Source of the DNA: Eledone cirrhosa
Lineage: Eukaryota
Direction of reading: 5' to 3'
NCBI GenBank assembly: GCA_964016885.1
Contig: OZ024742.1
Location: 141,174,001-141,238,000 of the forward strand
DNA length: 64,000 nt
The notes under the pieces: generated by a model
Seen by the model: the letters and a program-made list of their open reading frames with translations, nothing else
The model's database searches: none
What the model was told of the DNA's origin: nothing
Shown here: piece by piece, positions 41,225-56,385 of the stretch
Numbering within the stretch: position 1 is the stretch's first letter
Layout: each line of letters begins with the position of its first letter
Position numbers and translations under genes: made by a program

Positions 41225-41266
41225 ATCAAAGTTCTTTCGTTGCACATTTGCAGCATCGTCAGTGGT
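41225..41266 (-). ncRNA. Type I hammerhead in a pseudo-LTR copy (40975-41270, related to 49200-49495)
   Basis: ACCA CTGACGA T GCTGCA-AATG-TGCAAC GAAA GAAC TT TGAT. Confidence 0.65.
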
Positions 41267-41479
41267 GCTATTGTTTCCTCCCGTTGCATTGTATTTTCTA
41301 CGCCATCTGTCGAAAGATGTCACGTGATTGATTCTTTTTGAATTTGCCACAGACGCAGAGGCAGTGATTTTCTCAATGGCTAGGAATTCAGTTCACGCTT
41401 TGCTATTTCCTATCCACTGAATTATTTTTTAATAAGTTTCCAGAGTCCTCGCTTTGCCTGGAAACTTAGATGAGAATAG

Positions 41480-41561
41480 ACTTCCCTGACGACGGAATGT
41501 TTCTCTGTATCTTCTTCGGAAAATATATTTACTCCATTCCAGAAACTAATTAGTTGGAAGT
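41480..41561 (+). ncRNA. Type I hammerhead ribozyme with a large stem II loop
   Basis: ACTTCC CTGACGA C GGAATG...CATTCC A GAAA CTA-AT-TAG TT GGAAGT. Confidence 0.85.
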
Positions 41562-41778
41562 GATATTTTAGTAAGTAAGTTAATTTTATAATTTTCTTAT
41601 TTTACGTCTCTCATATTATTGTTCCGCAACTCCATGCATTGAACCACAATGTTACTAAGACAAAACCTATATATTTGCTAGCATTGATATGCATCTGTAT
41701 GTATATATATGTTACTAGATATTAATTCTTTATATATATATACATATATATGTATATATATATATATGTATATGTATG

Positions 41779-41878
<100 letters not shown>

Positions 41879-41960
41879 AAAGGTAAACAAATAACAATAC
41901 AATCGGAACAGTATATGGAAGGTATATATTAGGTTAACGCTTGATATAGCAGGAAGAGGG

Positions 41961-41996
41961 TCTTAACGTTTCGGACGCTAGTCCTTCATCGGAAGA
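41961..41996 (-). ncRNA. Minimal hammerhead (CCGATGA core)
   Basis: TCTT CCGATGA A GGAC-TAGC-GTCC GAAA CG TT AAGA. Confidence 0.75.
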
Positions 41997-43281
41997 AAGA
42001 ATGAAAAATAAAATAGATTGAGGGGACGGGCGGGATCGAATTGGAAAAAATGTCTTTAGATAAAAATAACAGGTCCATTCATGTTGACATCTCTTGCACT
42101 GTATATATATGTATATCTATCTATCTATATATATATATGTATATATGTATAAAAATAAGAATAAAAAGAAAGCAAGAACGGGAGAAGTTTTCCTCATCAG
42201 TTGTCTGCTGGGGGTCGCGGATATTTCTACGCATTAAAGACAAGATATCTACCCCCAGTGCGTTCAATAACTAGGTGAGATATTGGGAAAACGAGGGCGG
42301 AAGGGAAAGAAAATATAGGATAATAGAAGGGAAAAGGGAAGAAAAGAGAAAACAATGGGAAACAACAAATCGAAGAGTGTGTGAGCAACTCGAAGAGTGA
42401 AAATTCAAGTCCACGACGATTACTGAACATAAGTTCTAGATCGTGCCTGCGAGCAAAAAGAAACGTCTGACCCCTGCGAGTGTGAGTGAGAAAAGGATTG
42501 CTAGTGAGTCAGGCGAGGGAAACAGAGAGCTTGCTAGCAGAGAGAGAGAGAGAAAGAGAGAGAGTGAGAGAGGGTGAGTGCAAGGGGGAGAAAGAAAGAG
42601 GGGGAATAGTAGATAGCAACAAAATAGGTAGGTAGAAGGAGAGAGAAGACGGGTCACAGCGAAATATATATATCCTTTTCCTTATATAAATACCCCCTCT
42701 CATTTCTCTCTCCCCTACCAGACCACCCAGAATTACCCCCCTGCATATTAACTCTCTAAAAAGGAAAATCATATCAAACCCCAGACTACCATTTGCCTCC
42801 ATTATGGAACAGCCAAGCGCTCTTGCCACAATAACACATTTTGAACTGCTTATCCTCAAGAACTATGCCTGTAAATAATATTATTCTTTCTTTCTCATTA
42901 CCTTATCATGTTCCACATCACCCACTTTTTTTCTTTTTTCTTTTTACTTCAAAAACCTTGTTTGTAAATAACATTATTCTTTCTTTCCCATTTCCTTAAC
43001 ATGTTCAACATCACAATATTTTCTCTCCAACAGTTTATACCAATACAAATTCCCTTCTTTGATAATGCATAAAATGCTGAAACCGGTAATATACAATTAT
43101 TAAATATATAAATAAATAAATAAATAAATGCCATTGTTAATTAATAAATAAATTAACTAATACCTTAACACTTCACACAATGTAAAATATTTTGTTTTAA
43201 ACATTTTCTAACCCAGAAAAAAGAGAAAAAATAAAGGGAAAATTTTTTTTTCCCAATAATCGTCTTTTTCTCCCTATTTTC

Positions 43282-43313
<32 letters not shown>

Positions 43314-43550
43314 GTGTGTGTATATATGTATATATATATGTGTATATATGTATATATATATGTGTATATATGTATATATATGTGTATATATGTATATATG
43401 TGTGTATATTTGTATATATATGTGTATATATATATATGTATATATGTATATGTATATGTGTATATATGCATATATATGTGTATATATGTATATATATATG
43501 TGTCTATATATGCGTATATATATGTATATATATATGTGTATATATATATG

Positions 43551-43694
<144 letters not shown>

Positions 43695-44180
43695 AAAAAG
43701 AAAATTTCGCTCTACATGGCTGAATACAATAAATGTAATCTGAGTTTTTCGAATATTAATAATAATATTCGATTCGTTTGCAATTATGCAAACAAGCCTC
43801 AATTTTATAGCCATGTCAGTAGAATGAACACTTCATTCTGGATATGCAAATCTGGCTGATCAGTGAATCTGCTAATATGCAGATCTGACTGATCAGCCAG
43901 TCTGCTAATATGTAAATCAGGCCGATCAGTGACTGTGTACTTTTGAAAATAGCATATATTTTCACTAGATCTGACAGTTTGGCATGTGAACAGTGAGCTG
44001 TACTGATGAAGGGTGATACCCAGAAACATTAGTGTCTGCAGTTCTGTTCGCATGCCAACATAAAAGCAATCATGAAGTGTTCATTCTACTGACATGGCTA
44101 TAAAATTGAGGCTTGTTTGCATAATTGCAAAAGAATCGAATGTTATTATTAATATTCGAAAAACGCAGATTACATTTATG

Positions 44181-44182
<2 letters not shown>
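43695..44182. mobile_element. About 490-bp non-coding element with about 105-bp inverted arms, three 33-bp repeats and a hammerhead
   Basis: 43730-43836 inverted at 44072-44178; embedded in long (TA)n-type arrays. Confidence 0.75.
43979..44058 (+). ncRNA. Canonical type I hammerhead ribozyme (GUC site)
   Basis: GAGCTGTA CTGATGA A GGGT-GAT-ACCC A GAAA CAT-TA-GTG TC TGCAGTTC; stem I extended by TTGGCATGTGAACA/TGTTCGCATGCCAA. Confidence 0.92.
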
Positions 44183-44246
<64 letters not shown>

Positions 44247-44539
44247 CATATATATATATACATATATACATATACATATATACATGTATATATATATATA
44301 CATATATATATATACATACATATATATATACATATATACATATATATATATACATATATACATATATATATATACATATATACATATATATATATACATA
44401 TATATATATACATATATATATACATACATATATACATATATATACATATATATATACATATATATACATATATATATACATATATACATATATATACATA
44501 TATATATACATATATACATATATATATATACATATATAT

Positions 44540-45240
44540 AGTAATAATAATAAAATTGAAGACTAAAATCCAAAGAGGGCTCGATAAGGAAAATATATAT
44601 CAAATATATAAGAACCGTAGAGCAAATATTTATTAAAATAACAGATTAAAGTTTAAGCAAAGAATCGCTGCTTTCACCCTTAACGGGATCTTCTGAAACT
44701 AACAAAATCAATCTGTAAACGCAGAACTGGATATTTCAAAAAACGTTGCAACCGGAGGAAGACAGGAAGACGATACTTTGGTTCGTGGAAACGTTCGCTG
44801 GCAAAGAACGGGAAAAAACGAATAATACGTCATTAATAGGAGCGGTGAAAAACAATTACGCGCAAAGACAAAACCACGTTTATGGTATAAAAGAGGTCGT
44901 AGACTAATGTTCTCTTAGGTGGTGCATAGAGACGTTCTCTGGCAATGAACGAAAAAACGAAGATAATAAGTCATATGTGGAGCGTGGAGAACAATAGCAC
45001 GCAAAGACAAAACCACGTAAATGGTATAGCAGAAATCGTAGACTAAAATTCTAACTAGGAGACCAAATGAATCTCCGCTACAGAGTTAAGAACAAAGTAA
45101 ATAAATACAATACAGAAGTAATAGGAACAAATAAATACATACACGCAAACAGATACGTACATACACAAGCATACGCAAAACCTTACCAAGGGTATACAAA
45201 ACCACGCACATATAAATATGTGTGTGTGTATGCTTGTGTA
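44540..45240 (-). mobile_element. Third copy of the 31418-family pseudo-LTR, with 3' tail; hammerhead variant at 44641-44716
   Basis: Near-identical reverse complement of about 32970-33670. Confidence 0.9.
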
Positions 45241-45296
45241 TATATATATATATATGTATATATATGTATATATATGTATATATATGTATATATATG

Positions 45297-45327
<31 letters not shown>

Positions 45328-45338
45328 GTATATATATG

Positions 45339-45452
<114 letters not shown>

Positions 45453-45459
45453 TATATAC

Positions 45460-45510
<51 letters not shown>

Positions 45511-45585
45511 TACATATATACATATATATATATATACATATACATATATATATACATATATATATATACATATATATATATATAC

Positions 45586-45641
<56 letters not shown>

Positions 45642-45699
45642 TATAAAAATTAAAAAAAATTAACCAAAGAAGCCTTCAATACATCGAAAGTCTTTATTA

Positions 45700-45737
45700 G
45701 CCAACAATGTTTCGTCCTATTAAGGACTCATCAGGGC
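45700..45737 (-). ncRNA. Type I hammerhead ribozyme
   Basis: GCC CTGATGA GTCCT-TAAT-AGGAC GAAA CATTG TT GGC. Confidence 0.85.
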
Positions 45738-45968
45738 AAGTAAAGCTACAAGAAGCATTATCAGCCAATACAAGCCCAAAACTCAGAAGAATATGGAGTA
45801 TACATCTATTAAAGCCTAGGAAGGATATCAAGGAAAAGTAGGCTAAGATTAAGAGTGAGCAGTTACAAACAGATATAGACCAAATAGCAAGGAAGTGATT
45901 AACATGTTGAACCCACATTGTAAATATTATATAATGCAAAAACTTGAAACACAAATGGTAATATAATG

Positions 45969-46116
45969 GTGCATTACTGGTACTTTATTTTATCGACCCC
46001 GTAAGGATGAAAGGCAAAGTCAACCTCGGCGGGATTTGAACTCAGATCGTAAAGGGACGTAACTATGCTGGAAAGCATGGCGTCCGACCCTCTACCGATA
46101 CTGCCAATCCACCGCC
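45969..46116 (-). mobile_element. SINE lacking its 3' part, with a 14-bp target-site duplication
   Basis: atggtaatataatg at 45955-45968 and 46120-46133. Confidence 0.85.
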
Positions 46117-47509
46117 CTTATGGTAATATAATGCGAGAATTACAGTACGATATAGAATATAATATGATAGATGGTGATAATAAAAAGCTTAATATATGTA
46201 TATATATATCTATACATATATACATTAGTACCAACAGAAACTAACACTTATTAAGTATTTAAATATATATATATTGTTTACAGCATAATATAATAAAGAT
46301 AAAAATAAGAATAAAGATAAAAATAAAAATAAAATATAATATATAATTCCCTGTCAGTGTGCATAAACAATATAAAAACATTATAATAACATTATAATAA
46401 CAATATTATAATATATTGGCATCAAAAGATATACAAAATTACATCATATATATAATTCAAGGTTAACAAATAGTATAAAGTTTTACACAGGGTAAGAAAA
46501 AAATCATATAGAACTAAATTGTGTTGAAAAAATTGTGTTGAAAAAATTGTGTTGAAAAAAATATCTATACCATTACAACAAATACACGGAGGTCAAGTCG
46601 TTTTACATTGGCATAAATATTACCAAAATATCACAAAATAAATCAAAATATTACAAAATATAACAGAACAGTACTTCAAATAACATATATTAAAATCTAT
46701 AATACGATTACATAAAAATGATATGATATAACAACGTTAATATCAAATATCAAACAGAGCCTAAGGAAATGCTTAATATATATATTTACGTGGTTGAGAT
46801 ACACAGACATATATTAATGAACAGCGTGTGGTAGTAAAAAAATAAATAAAATAAACCGAAGATCGAAAAACAAAAACAAGTATATTTACTTAGGTGTCAC
46901 AAGCGGTTAAGTAAAAGAAGAGATAGAAATGTAAGTCTGATATTTTCTTCCTGCCCCCATGCCATTTCTAATTCTTTCTTCTATTATAGACCTAAAAGTT
47001 CTGGTAGTTTAAATCGTATCCATTAGCTGCTATATTTCCTTATCTTTTTTGTTTAGGTTCATTTTGATTACCATCATCTTTATTATTATTAGTTTTTTAC
47101 AACTTTTCGATTTTAGTTTCCATAGTCTTTTGGCTACCATACCCTATCTATCGTCTTAAGCATTATTATAGTTTCACTACTAACACCTTATGAGTTTATA
47201 TCTTATTAAATACTTTGGTTGGAGTCTCATTCAACTAATGTACCTCCTCCTCTACACACTTAATATCCGCCCCTTCTATTATACTATATATAAATTTCAC
47301 CTTTATGCTCCTTTTATGATATTATATAATATATTGATTTTACTTTTATGCCCCTTCCTATCCTCCATAACCTCTCTTCTTTCTGTTCCCATTGGTCTAC
47401 CATAGTTCTATTTAGAGTCCTTTTATTTGATAACGTTATTCGACTGAACGGAGCATATTTTACTCTATTCTTGATAATTTTATTGGAATATCTCAAACTT
47501 ATACGTTTT

Positions 47510-47765
47510 TGATGTTGGATGGTGGAGGAAACTTGTTGTTGGTAGAGGGGTGTGGGATCGGAGCGTAGAGGGCGGTAGAAGAGGGGGTTACAGAGCTGCC
47601 TGAGGGCTTCGGCCGTGTAGAGGTCCGCGCGCCACTCCACCACGGCGCCTCCCTTGTCCGCCGGTTTGATGACGATGTCATCTCGGCTACGGAGGGAGCG
47701 GAGAGCGAGGAGTTCGCCCCGTGAGATATTATTCCGTTTGGAACGGTTGCGGAAGTCGAAACGAT
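47510..47765 (-). mobile_element. PLE N-terminal (pre-RT) fragment
   Basis: [31 protein letters not shown]...EALRQL...DPT (DKG motif typical of PLEs). Confidence 0.85.
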
Positions 47766-47766
47766 T

Positions 47767-47854
<88 letters not shown>

Positions 47855-47855
47855 G

Positions 47856-49510
<1,655 letters not shown>

Positions 49511-49532
49511 CTATATATATATATATATATAT

Positions 49533-49652
49533 ATATTTATTAAAATAACAGATTAAAGTTTAAATATTTGCTCTACGGTTCTTATATATTTGATATATAT
49601 TTATCCTTATCGAGCCCTTTTGGATTTTAGTCTTCAAATTTATTATTATTAC
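49533..49652 (+). mobile_element. Mini-copy of the 31418 family: about 30-bp inverted arm plus 3' tail
   Basis: Reverse complement of about 33555-33585 joined to about 33579-33670. Confidence 0.85.
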
Positions 49653-50273
49653 TATATATATATATATATATATATGCATATATGTTGGAAAAACTACCTG
49701 TTGAACAACTCTAATCCATGAATAAGAATACAATAAGACCAATTTACAATCCATTGCTGTAACTAACTTAAAACATTCAATATAAACATTAACTAAAATA
49801 TAATTTAACATATGTAATGGAAAATACTACAATAACTTTGATTTTCTCAACACACACAAATTTGAACACTATCATCATATTACATCCGCCATAAATTTTT
49901 AATACATTAACACATTTGTTTGCCATACAGTATTTATTTATTTATCCATATATGCCTAATACCTTTGCTTATTTCCTTCTCATATATGACTAACGCATGT
50001 GCACTTTCTACACGCTTGCATATGTACTGCTAATGTACTTATTCTTTCTCAATGCCTCTTTAATTATTAGACTATTCTCTTGTATTATCTGTCGCATATA
50101 TTCCACTCTGTGCTTTTAATTTCAATTTTAATTTTTGTACAATTCTCGTATAATATATGTCGCATCAATTACACGCTGTAAATGCGAAACGGTTGCTCAC
50201 AACATCAATATATATGTATCTATATGATTGTTCAGTTGAATAGGAGGTTAATTATATGTACAAACATTGATAA

Positions 50274-50320
50274 TGCTCCGATGACTCCAAACGAAAGTTT
50301 GGAAGATATGATTGTCAGCA
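50274..50320 (+). ncRNA. Degenerate hammerhead (GAAA changed to GATA)
   Basis: TGCT CCGATGA C TCCAAAC-GAAA-GTTTGGA A GATA TGATTG TC AGCA; related to the 40697 family. Confidence 0.5.
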
Positions 50321-50354
50321 ATTAAATGATTTGAACATAACTTTGATAATTGTG

Positions 50355-50439
<85 letters not shown>

Positions 50440-50444
<5 letters not shown>

Positions 50445-50945
50445 TTGAGGTTGGTAATGGCACATGGAATATATAAAAGACAGAATACTTTTTTGTGAAA
50501 AAACATAATTTTATAAGGTAAGGAAAGAATAAAGGGTATAAAAAATGACCGGTTTCGATGGGTCTGCAAAAGCCATCTTTTCAAATGTTGATTAATATTA
50601 AGAAAAATTAATAATAAGAAGAGTTAAAATTTGAGATTTGAAAATTCAAGTATAAAATTCAGTGTGGGATTTCATAGTAGTTTTCATCTTGGTAGCAGCA
50701 AGTTGACTGCTGTGTGCCTTCCTGGTAGTGAATGAGGAGTTATTTGTGAGGAGTGGTTTTTTTTTATAAAGGTCAGATTTAGCAATGGCCAGATGGCCAG
50801 CTGCTGGTCAGTGAGGTGGTGGAAGCAATATACATACATATATCTCCCTGTGGTCGGTAGGAGAGGGGAGAGTGATAGAAAGGGATTTAGTGCACTTACA
50901 CCTATATATACACACATACCCTCATCCACACACACATACATATAC

Positions 50946-50991
<46 letters not shown>

Positions 50992-51035
50992 GGGGAGTAA
51001 TTTTTTTTATAAAGGTCAGATTTAGCAATGGCCAG

Positions 51036-51086
<51 letters not shown>

Positions 51087-52145
51087 TTACAAGAATCAAA
51101 GTTCAGTTTAAATCATTTATTTGCTTACAATTGTTTCCTCCAAACCGAGGTTTGGATTCTTCGGAGCAACTATTTAGTGATCTATAACATACTTGACCTC
51201 CTTTTCAACACAAGAGACATATAAAAACATATGCACATATTGTTCCACAGTGGGATGACATCCATCAAAATGATATAGCATGGCAATTTACATATAAAGG
51301 TTAAAGGATAAAGATAAAAATAAAAATAAAAATAAAAATAAAAATGAAGCATTGGCAGTCTATGAAGATAAAGCAAGAGGAAAGTTTAGAGTAGTCAGTG
51401 TATGAAACAATCTCACGTGTAGCATGCACGCGTGTCTTATTTATACAGGATTAGAGTGCGTCAGAATGTTACTTGCAGGGTCAGGCAGTTGAAGCAGGCA
51501 ATTGATATTATTATGTGGGCTGAATTATTAAATCATTTTTTCGCATACACCTGTATGATATACAGTCCCGAATGTGGAGAAACCCTAGCAATTAGCATCA
51601 GTTTCACACCTCACACCTCATCTCCACACCCATTTATATACTCTAAAGGTAATACTGGCAGCATTATAGCACCATCTACCCTGGGGATACCCCTATGTAC
51701 TTCTAATTCTGATATCTCGGCCGTGGATTACTTAAACTGCCTTGCACAAATATATGATTAATATAAACTGTAGACGCGGTATTGGTTGTGCTAACATAGT
51801 CCTGTGCATGAAGTGCCACCATGAGATAGATTGATGATTAAGTAAGTAATCTTATTATTATGTGACTATATATTCTATACGATCAGTACAATGAATTATG
51901 CACAGGTGATACATCAGTTAGGAGTCTCTGTGTTGCTTGATGACCTGACTAGTATCTTTTGATGAGAGAACGTGTCCCCGGACCACCCTGGTGAACTTAC
52001 CGTGAATACAGTGATTTTTTATACCCTTTATTCTTTCCTTACCTTATAAAATTATATGTTTTTTCACAAAAAAGTATTCTGTCTCTTATATATTCCATGT
52101 GCCATTACCAACCTCAATTTTCTCTATAACCTTCGTTTTGTGTAG
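50440..52145. repeat. About 105-bp inverted arms around nested insertions; degenerate hammerhead at 50544-50587 (-)
   Basis: 50440-50546 versus 52014-52124; GATGG...CCATC GAAA CCGG TC with a decayed 5' core. Confidence 0.6.
51121..51169 (-). ncRNA. Hammerhead (CCGAAGA core), diverged copy of the 40697 family
   Basis: TTGCT CCGAAGA A TCCAAACC-TC-GGTTTGGA G GAAA CAATTG TA AGCAA. Confidence 0.78.
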
Positions 52146-52310
52146 AAACTTACACTTTTCTTTCATATATATATATATATATATATGTAGGAGGTGAGTT
52201 TTATTGTAGTACAATAAAGCAATGCAGATATCGGATAAGAAGCACTCTACAGTTTGTGGGACTGGAGTATGCATAATATAAGATCAAAAGATGGTTAAAG
52301 GAGTTCCATA

Positions 52311-52381
52311 TATTTTATTATGCGCATTTCAAAAACAAACATCATCAAATAATAATATTTGTGTTTTCATCAGATAAAACA
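52311..52381 (-). ncRNA. Type I hammerhead ribozyme
   Basis: Reverse complement of the 53814 motif. Confidence 0.8.
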
Positions 52382-53813
52382 GGAGAACATGATATGAAGG
52401 CTAAAAAAACACTTGTTGATAGTGCAGTTTTAAATCAACATATGAAAAGTGGTTTTAGATTGATGTGTGATATTGGGAAAAATATTTTATTTAGAGAGGG
52501 GGGGAGAGAAAAGGATGAAAAGGGAAGGAGATGAGAGGGAGAGATGGGTGATAGAAAGAAAGAATTGAATATTAACTGTTAATATTCAATTCTTTATCAA
52601 TTTAGAATCTTTTCTCAAAGGCACATATACATACACCTCTTTAAAATATACCCATCTACCTTACTTTAAAGGGCATTATACACTCTATAGTACTCGTTTA
52701 CTCATTTACCTCATCCTATCTTCTCGTAAAACAATAACATTTGTTTTTGACATTTTGAATATTCATCCGCAATCATTATTATTTTTTTTCCCTCTATCAT
52801 AAATCTTTTTAATCTCAATTTCATCCTTAATTTATTATTATATATTTTTTTTAATATATACTCATATATTCTTTAAAATATACCCATCTACCTTACTTTA
52901 AAGGGCATTATACACTCTATAATACCCGTTTACTCATCACCCTCATTATATCTCCTCGTAAAACAATAACATTTGTTTTTGACATTTTGAGTATTCATCC
53001 GCAATCATTATTATTTTTTCTCTCTATCATAAATCTTTTTAATCTCAATTTCATCCTTAATTTATTATTATTTTTTTCTCCCCATCAACGAACTCATTAT
53101 TAATACATATGAATTCAATATAAAAACTTTAACTTCACATTATTTTTCTCAAATCCTATACATAAACTTTTTCTCTTTGCTAATTTTAAAATTCCTACAT
53201 TTCTCCTTTTGAATATTCACCCACAATTATTATTTTTTTTTCTCTCTATCTCCATACATAATCTCCCTTCGTTATTTTTTTCTCTCTATCTCCATACATA
53301 ATTTCCCTTCGTTAATTTTCAAATTCCTTTAATTTATACATTATCTTCCAACGGTTCCCAACCTCTCTATATTAAAACATTATATCTTTTTCTCAGTTAT
53401 AAAAACTATCTCTTTCTCTCTATCACCCATCTCTCCCTTTCCACCTTCACTCTCATCTCCTCCCCTTTTTTTCATCCTTTCCACCCCCACCCCTCCCTAA
53501 ATATAATATATTTTTTCCTCGCACATATCCTCCCTTCGTTAATTTTCAAAATTTTTAATTTATACAGTATCTTCCAACGGTTTTCAACCCCTCTATATAA
53601 AATATATCTCCTCTCTGTTATAAAAACTATCTCTTTCTCTCTATCACCCATCTCTCCCTCTCATCTCCTTCCCTTTTCATCCTTTTCTCTCCCCCCCTCT
53701 CTAAATAAAATATTTTTCCCAATATCACACATCAATCTAAAACCACTTTTCATATGTTGATTTAAAACTGCACTATCAACAAGTGTTTTTTTAGCCTTCA
53801 TATCATGTTCTCC

Positions 53814-53884
53814 TGTTTTATCTGATGAAAACACAAATATTATTGTTTGATGATGTTTGTTTTTGAAATGCGCATAATAAAATA
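53814..53884 (+). ncRNA. Type I hammerhead ribozyme
   Basis: TGTTTTAT CTGATGA AAACA...TGTTT TT GAAA TGCGCA TA ATAAAATA. Confidence 0.8.
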
Positions 53885-53914
53885 TATTGAACTCCTTTAA
53901 CCATCTTTTGATCT

Positions 53915-53969
<55 letters not shown>

Positions 53970-54036
53970 TACTTACTCATTTTTATGCGTGTGCATGCAA
54001 ACAGGTCAATATGCGTGAGTGTAAGTATGTGTGTGT

Positions 54037-54073
<37 letters not shown>

Positions 54074-54614
54074 TACGTATCGAACGTATGGATGTGTAAG
54101 TGTGCGTGTGTATATAAGCATGTATACTTTTGCGTTTCTTTTGTGAGATAAGCGTGTCTGTGTATGTATGTACCCTTTTTTGTCTTCTTTTCTTTAATTT
54201 TTTCTTTCTAAATTTTTTCTTTCTAAATTATTGTTCCATTTTTATAAATATATCGAGATTTAATTATTACACTCCCTTACCTCTTTTACTTCCGCATCTA
54301 AGTGTACCTGTGTGTAGGTGTGTTTATGCGCGCGCCTTCATATTCCTATTCTTATGATGTATCTATTCTGTCTGTAGATTACAGACATACAGATACATTT
54401 GCCCTAGATTTTATATTTACGCACACTTTTTTCACTATACGTATACATATGTGCATACACATATATGCACATCTGTGAGCGTATATACATACATATACAC
54501 ACACCTAACTATATTTCTTGAAAGATTATTATATATTTCATATTCTAATTCATTTGTCTATATCTTTTTTTGATTTTCTTGACGAGACTTTCCAAGTATT
54601 TACCCATGTTTTAT

Positions 54615-54692
54615 ATTGCCTCGTCTGACGAACGAATGAAGACGTTTCTTTCGTATTCGCCTCATTCGGGAAACCTCTGGTAATGAGGTAAT
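54615..54692 (+). ncRNA. Type I hammerhead ribozyme
   Basis: ATTGCCTCGT CTGACGA A CGAATGA...TCATTCG G GAAA CC-TCT-GG TA ATGAGGTAAT. Confidence 0.9.
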
Positions 54693-54793
54693 TATATTGT
54701 ATTGATTTTTATACATTAAATTTTGCTCTGATACTTACATAGAGCACTCTTCACTTCTATGACCTTCTTCGTTTTTCAACGGAAATTTCAATA

Positions 54794-54875
<82 letters not shown>

Positions 54876-56056
54876 TATCGTTATATATATTAGTATTGGT
54901 GCTCTGAAATCGCGATGTATACATGAATGTATGTATAGTATATTTGGCAATATACCGTATGTTTAATTAAACACATTTTGAAGACCATTCTGTTTCTCGC
55001 TGGTTGGCGTTTATCAAGACCACACACACTCCCCTGCCTTTACCGAAAATTATAGAAGCTCGATTCTTATAGAATTCCAGTAATATTTAAGAGCTGATTA
55101 AACAGAACGATTGCCGGTCCAGCAAACATTAGGTATTAGTATTTGTGCTCTGAAATAGCGATGTATACATGAATGTATGTATAGTATATTTGGCAATATA
55201 CGGTATGTTTAATTACGCTAACAAGCGAGAAACAGACTATTGATCTCTCTCCCCTTGTTTTTACCGAAAATAAGTAAGTGACATAGTCACTACTTTAAAA
55301 CTCATAGCGAATGGTCTTTTTTTAAGATTAAACATACGGTATATTGCCAAATATTAATAAAAAAAATAAAATTAAAACATTTGGGCTTTCGGCCCAAATA
55401 TTATGGGGTCGCAGTGGAATGAATGGCACCTCGTAACAAAAATATTCAACGAATTCCACTTTAAAACAATTCAAAATAACCAACCTTCTGGAGCCGATAA
55501 TAATGGTTTCTAATTTAGGCACAAGACATTTACAACCTGATTCATTTCAATCGATTTAATCTTCGATGGACACCAGCTATCTCCTTTCTGTATAGGAACA
55601 CTATACGGACTGGATTTGATCTAGGAACCTTTATATTTAGCTACTGGTTAAAAAAACGTTTATTCGCTGTACCACTGATTCATGTTCCATAAAAGCACGA
55701 TGTCAATAATTGAAGTTTAGTTGAATTGTTAAGCAGTTCACTTTGCAATCATAAGATACCTGGTTCTATCCCACCATGCAACATCTTGAGAAAATGTCAT
55801 CACAGTCTCGGGTCAGTCTAAACCATAGGAGTAATATTGGGTTGAAAGAAACTATTTGAAAACCCATAACTGTAATTCAAAGAGCCAGCCTTGCCATACA
55901 TTGTGTTACGGCGAATCCCATTGTGAGCTACATTGAGTACTCGTGTGTATGGAATGCTCAGTTACTTGCAACCAACGGAGGTTCAGTTCATGTTGCTAAG
56001 TCGTATAGTGGAGAAGAACGTTATTACACATAATCCAGCGTTATAGATGTAAATAT

Positions 56057-56270
56057 TGATTTCTAATTTAAGCCAAGGCCAGCAAATTTAGAGAAGGACA
56101 AAGTTGATTAAATGAACCTCAGTAATTGACTGGTACTTTATTTTATCGACCCCAGAAGAACGAAAGGCAAAGTTGACCTCGGTGGATTTGAACTGAGAAT
56201 GTAAATAGCCAGAACGAATACTGTAATGGCATTTTATCCGACGCTCTACCAATTCTGCTAATCTACCACC
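56057..56270 (-). mobile_element. Older tRNA-derived SINE
   Basis: Diverged 4961-type core and head. Confidence 0.7.
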
Positions 56271-56352
56271 CTTGTAAAGCTGAGGTCAATAACATGAAAA
56301 ATGATTTTATATTCACAGTAACTCAAATCAAACAAACAAATATTTAATAGAT

Positions 56353-56385
56353 ACTAGACCACCCGTGACCCGTTGGGTCCCGTTC
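56353..56385 (-). mobile_element. Helitron-like 3' terminus
   Basis: Minus strand GACCC-AAC-GGGTC hairpin then GTGGTCTAG|T. Confidence 0.45.

Larger units (their letters stand above)
52190..53922 (-). mobile_element. Non-coding PLE derivative with about 290-bp inverted arms and internal tandem duplications
   Basis: 52273-52563 inverted at 53630-53922; about 230-bp duplication at 52640 and 52872. Confidence 0.75.

Noticed and set aside
42170-42205. CTGATGA on the minus strand
   Set aside because: No properly placed GAAA and stems, so not a hammerhead
43840-43935. 33-bp repeats as a CRISPR-like array
   Set aside because: Tandem units without unique spacers; eukaryotic context and no cas genes
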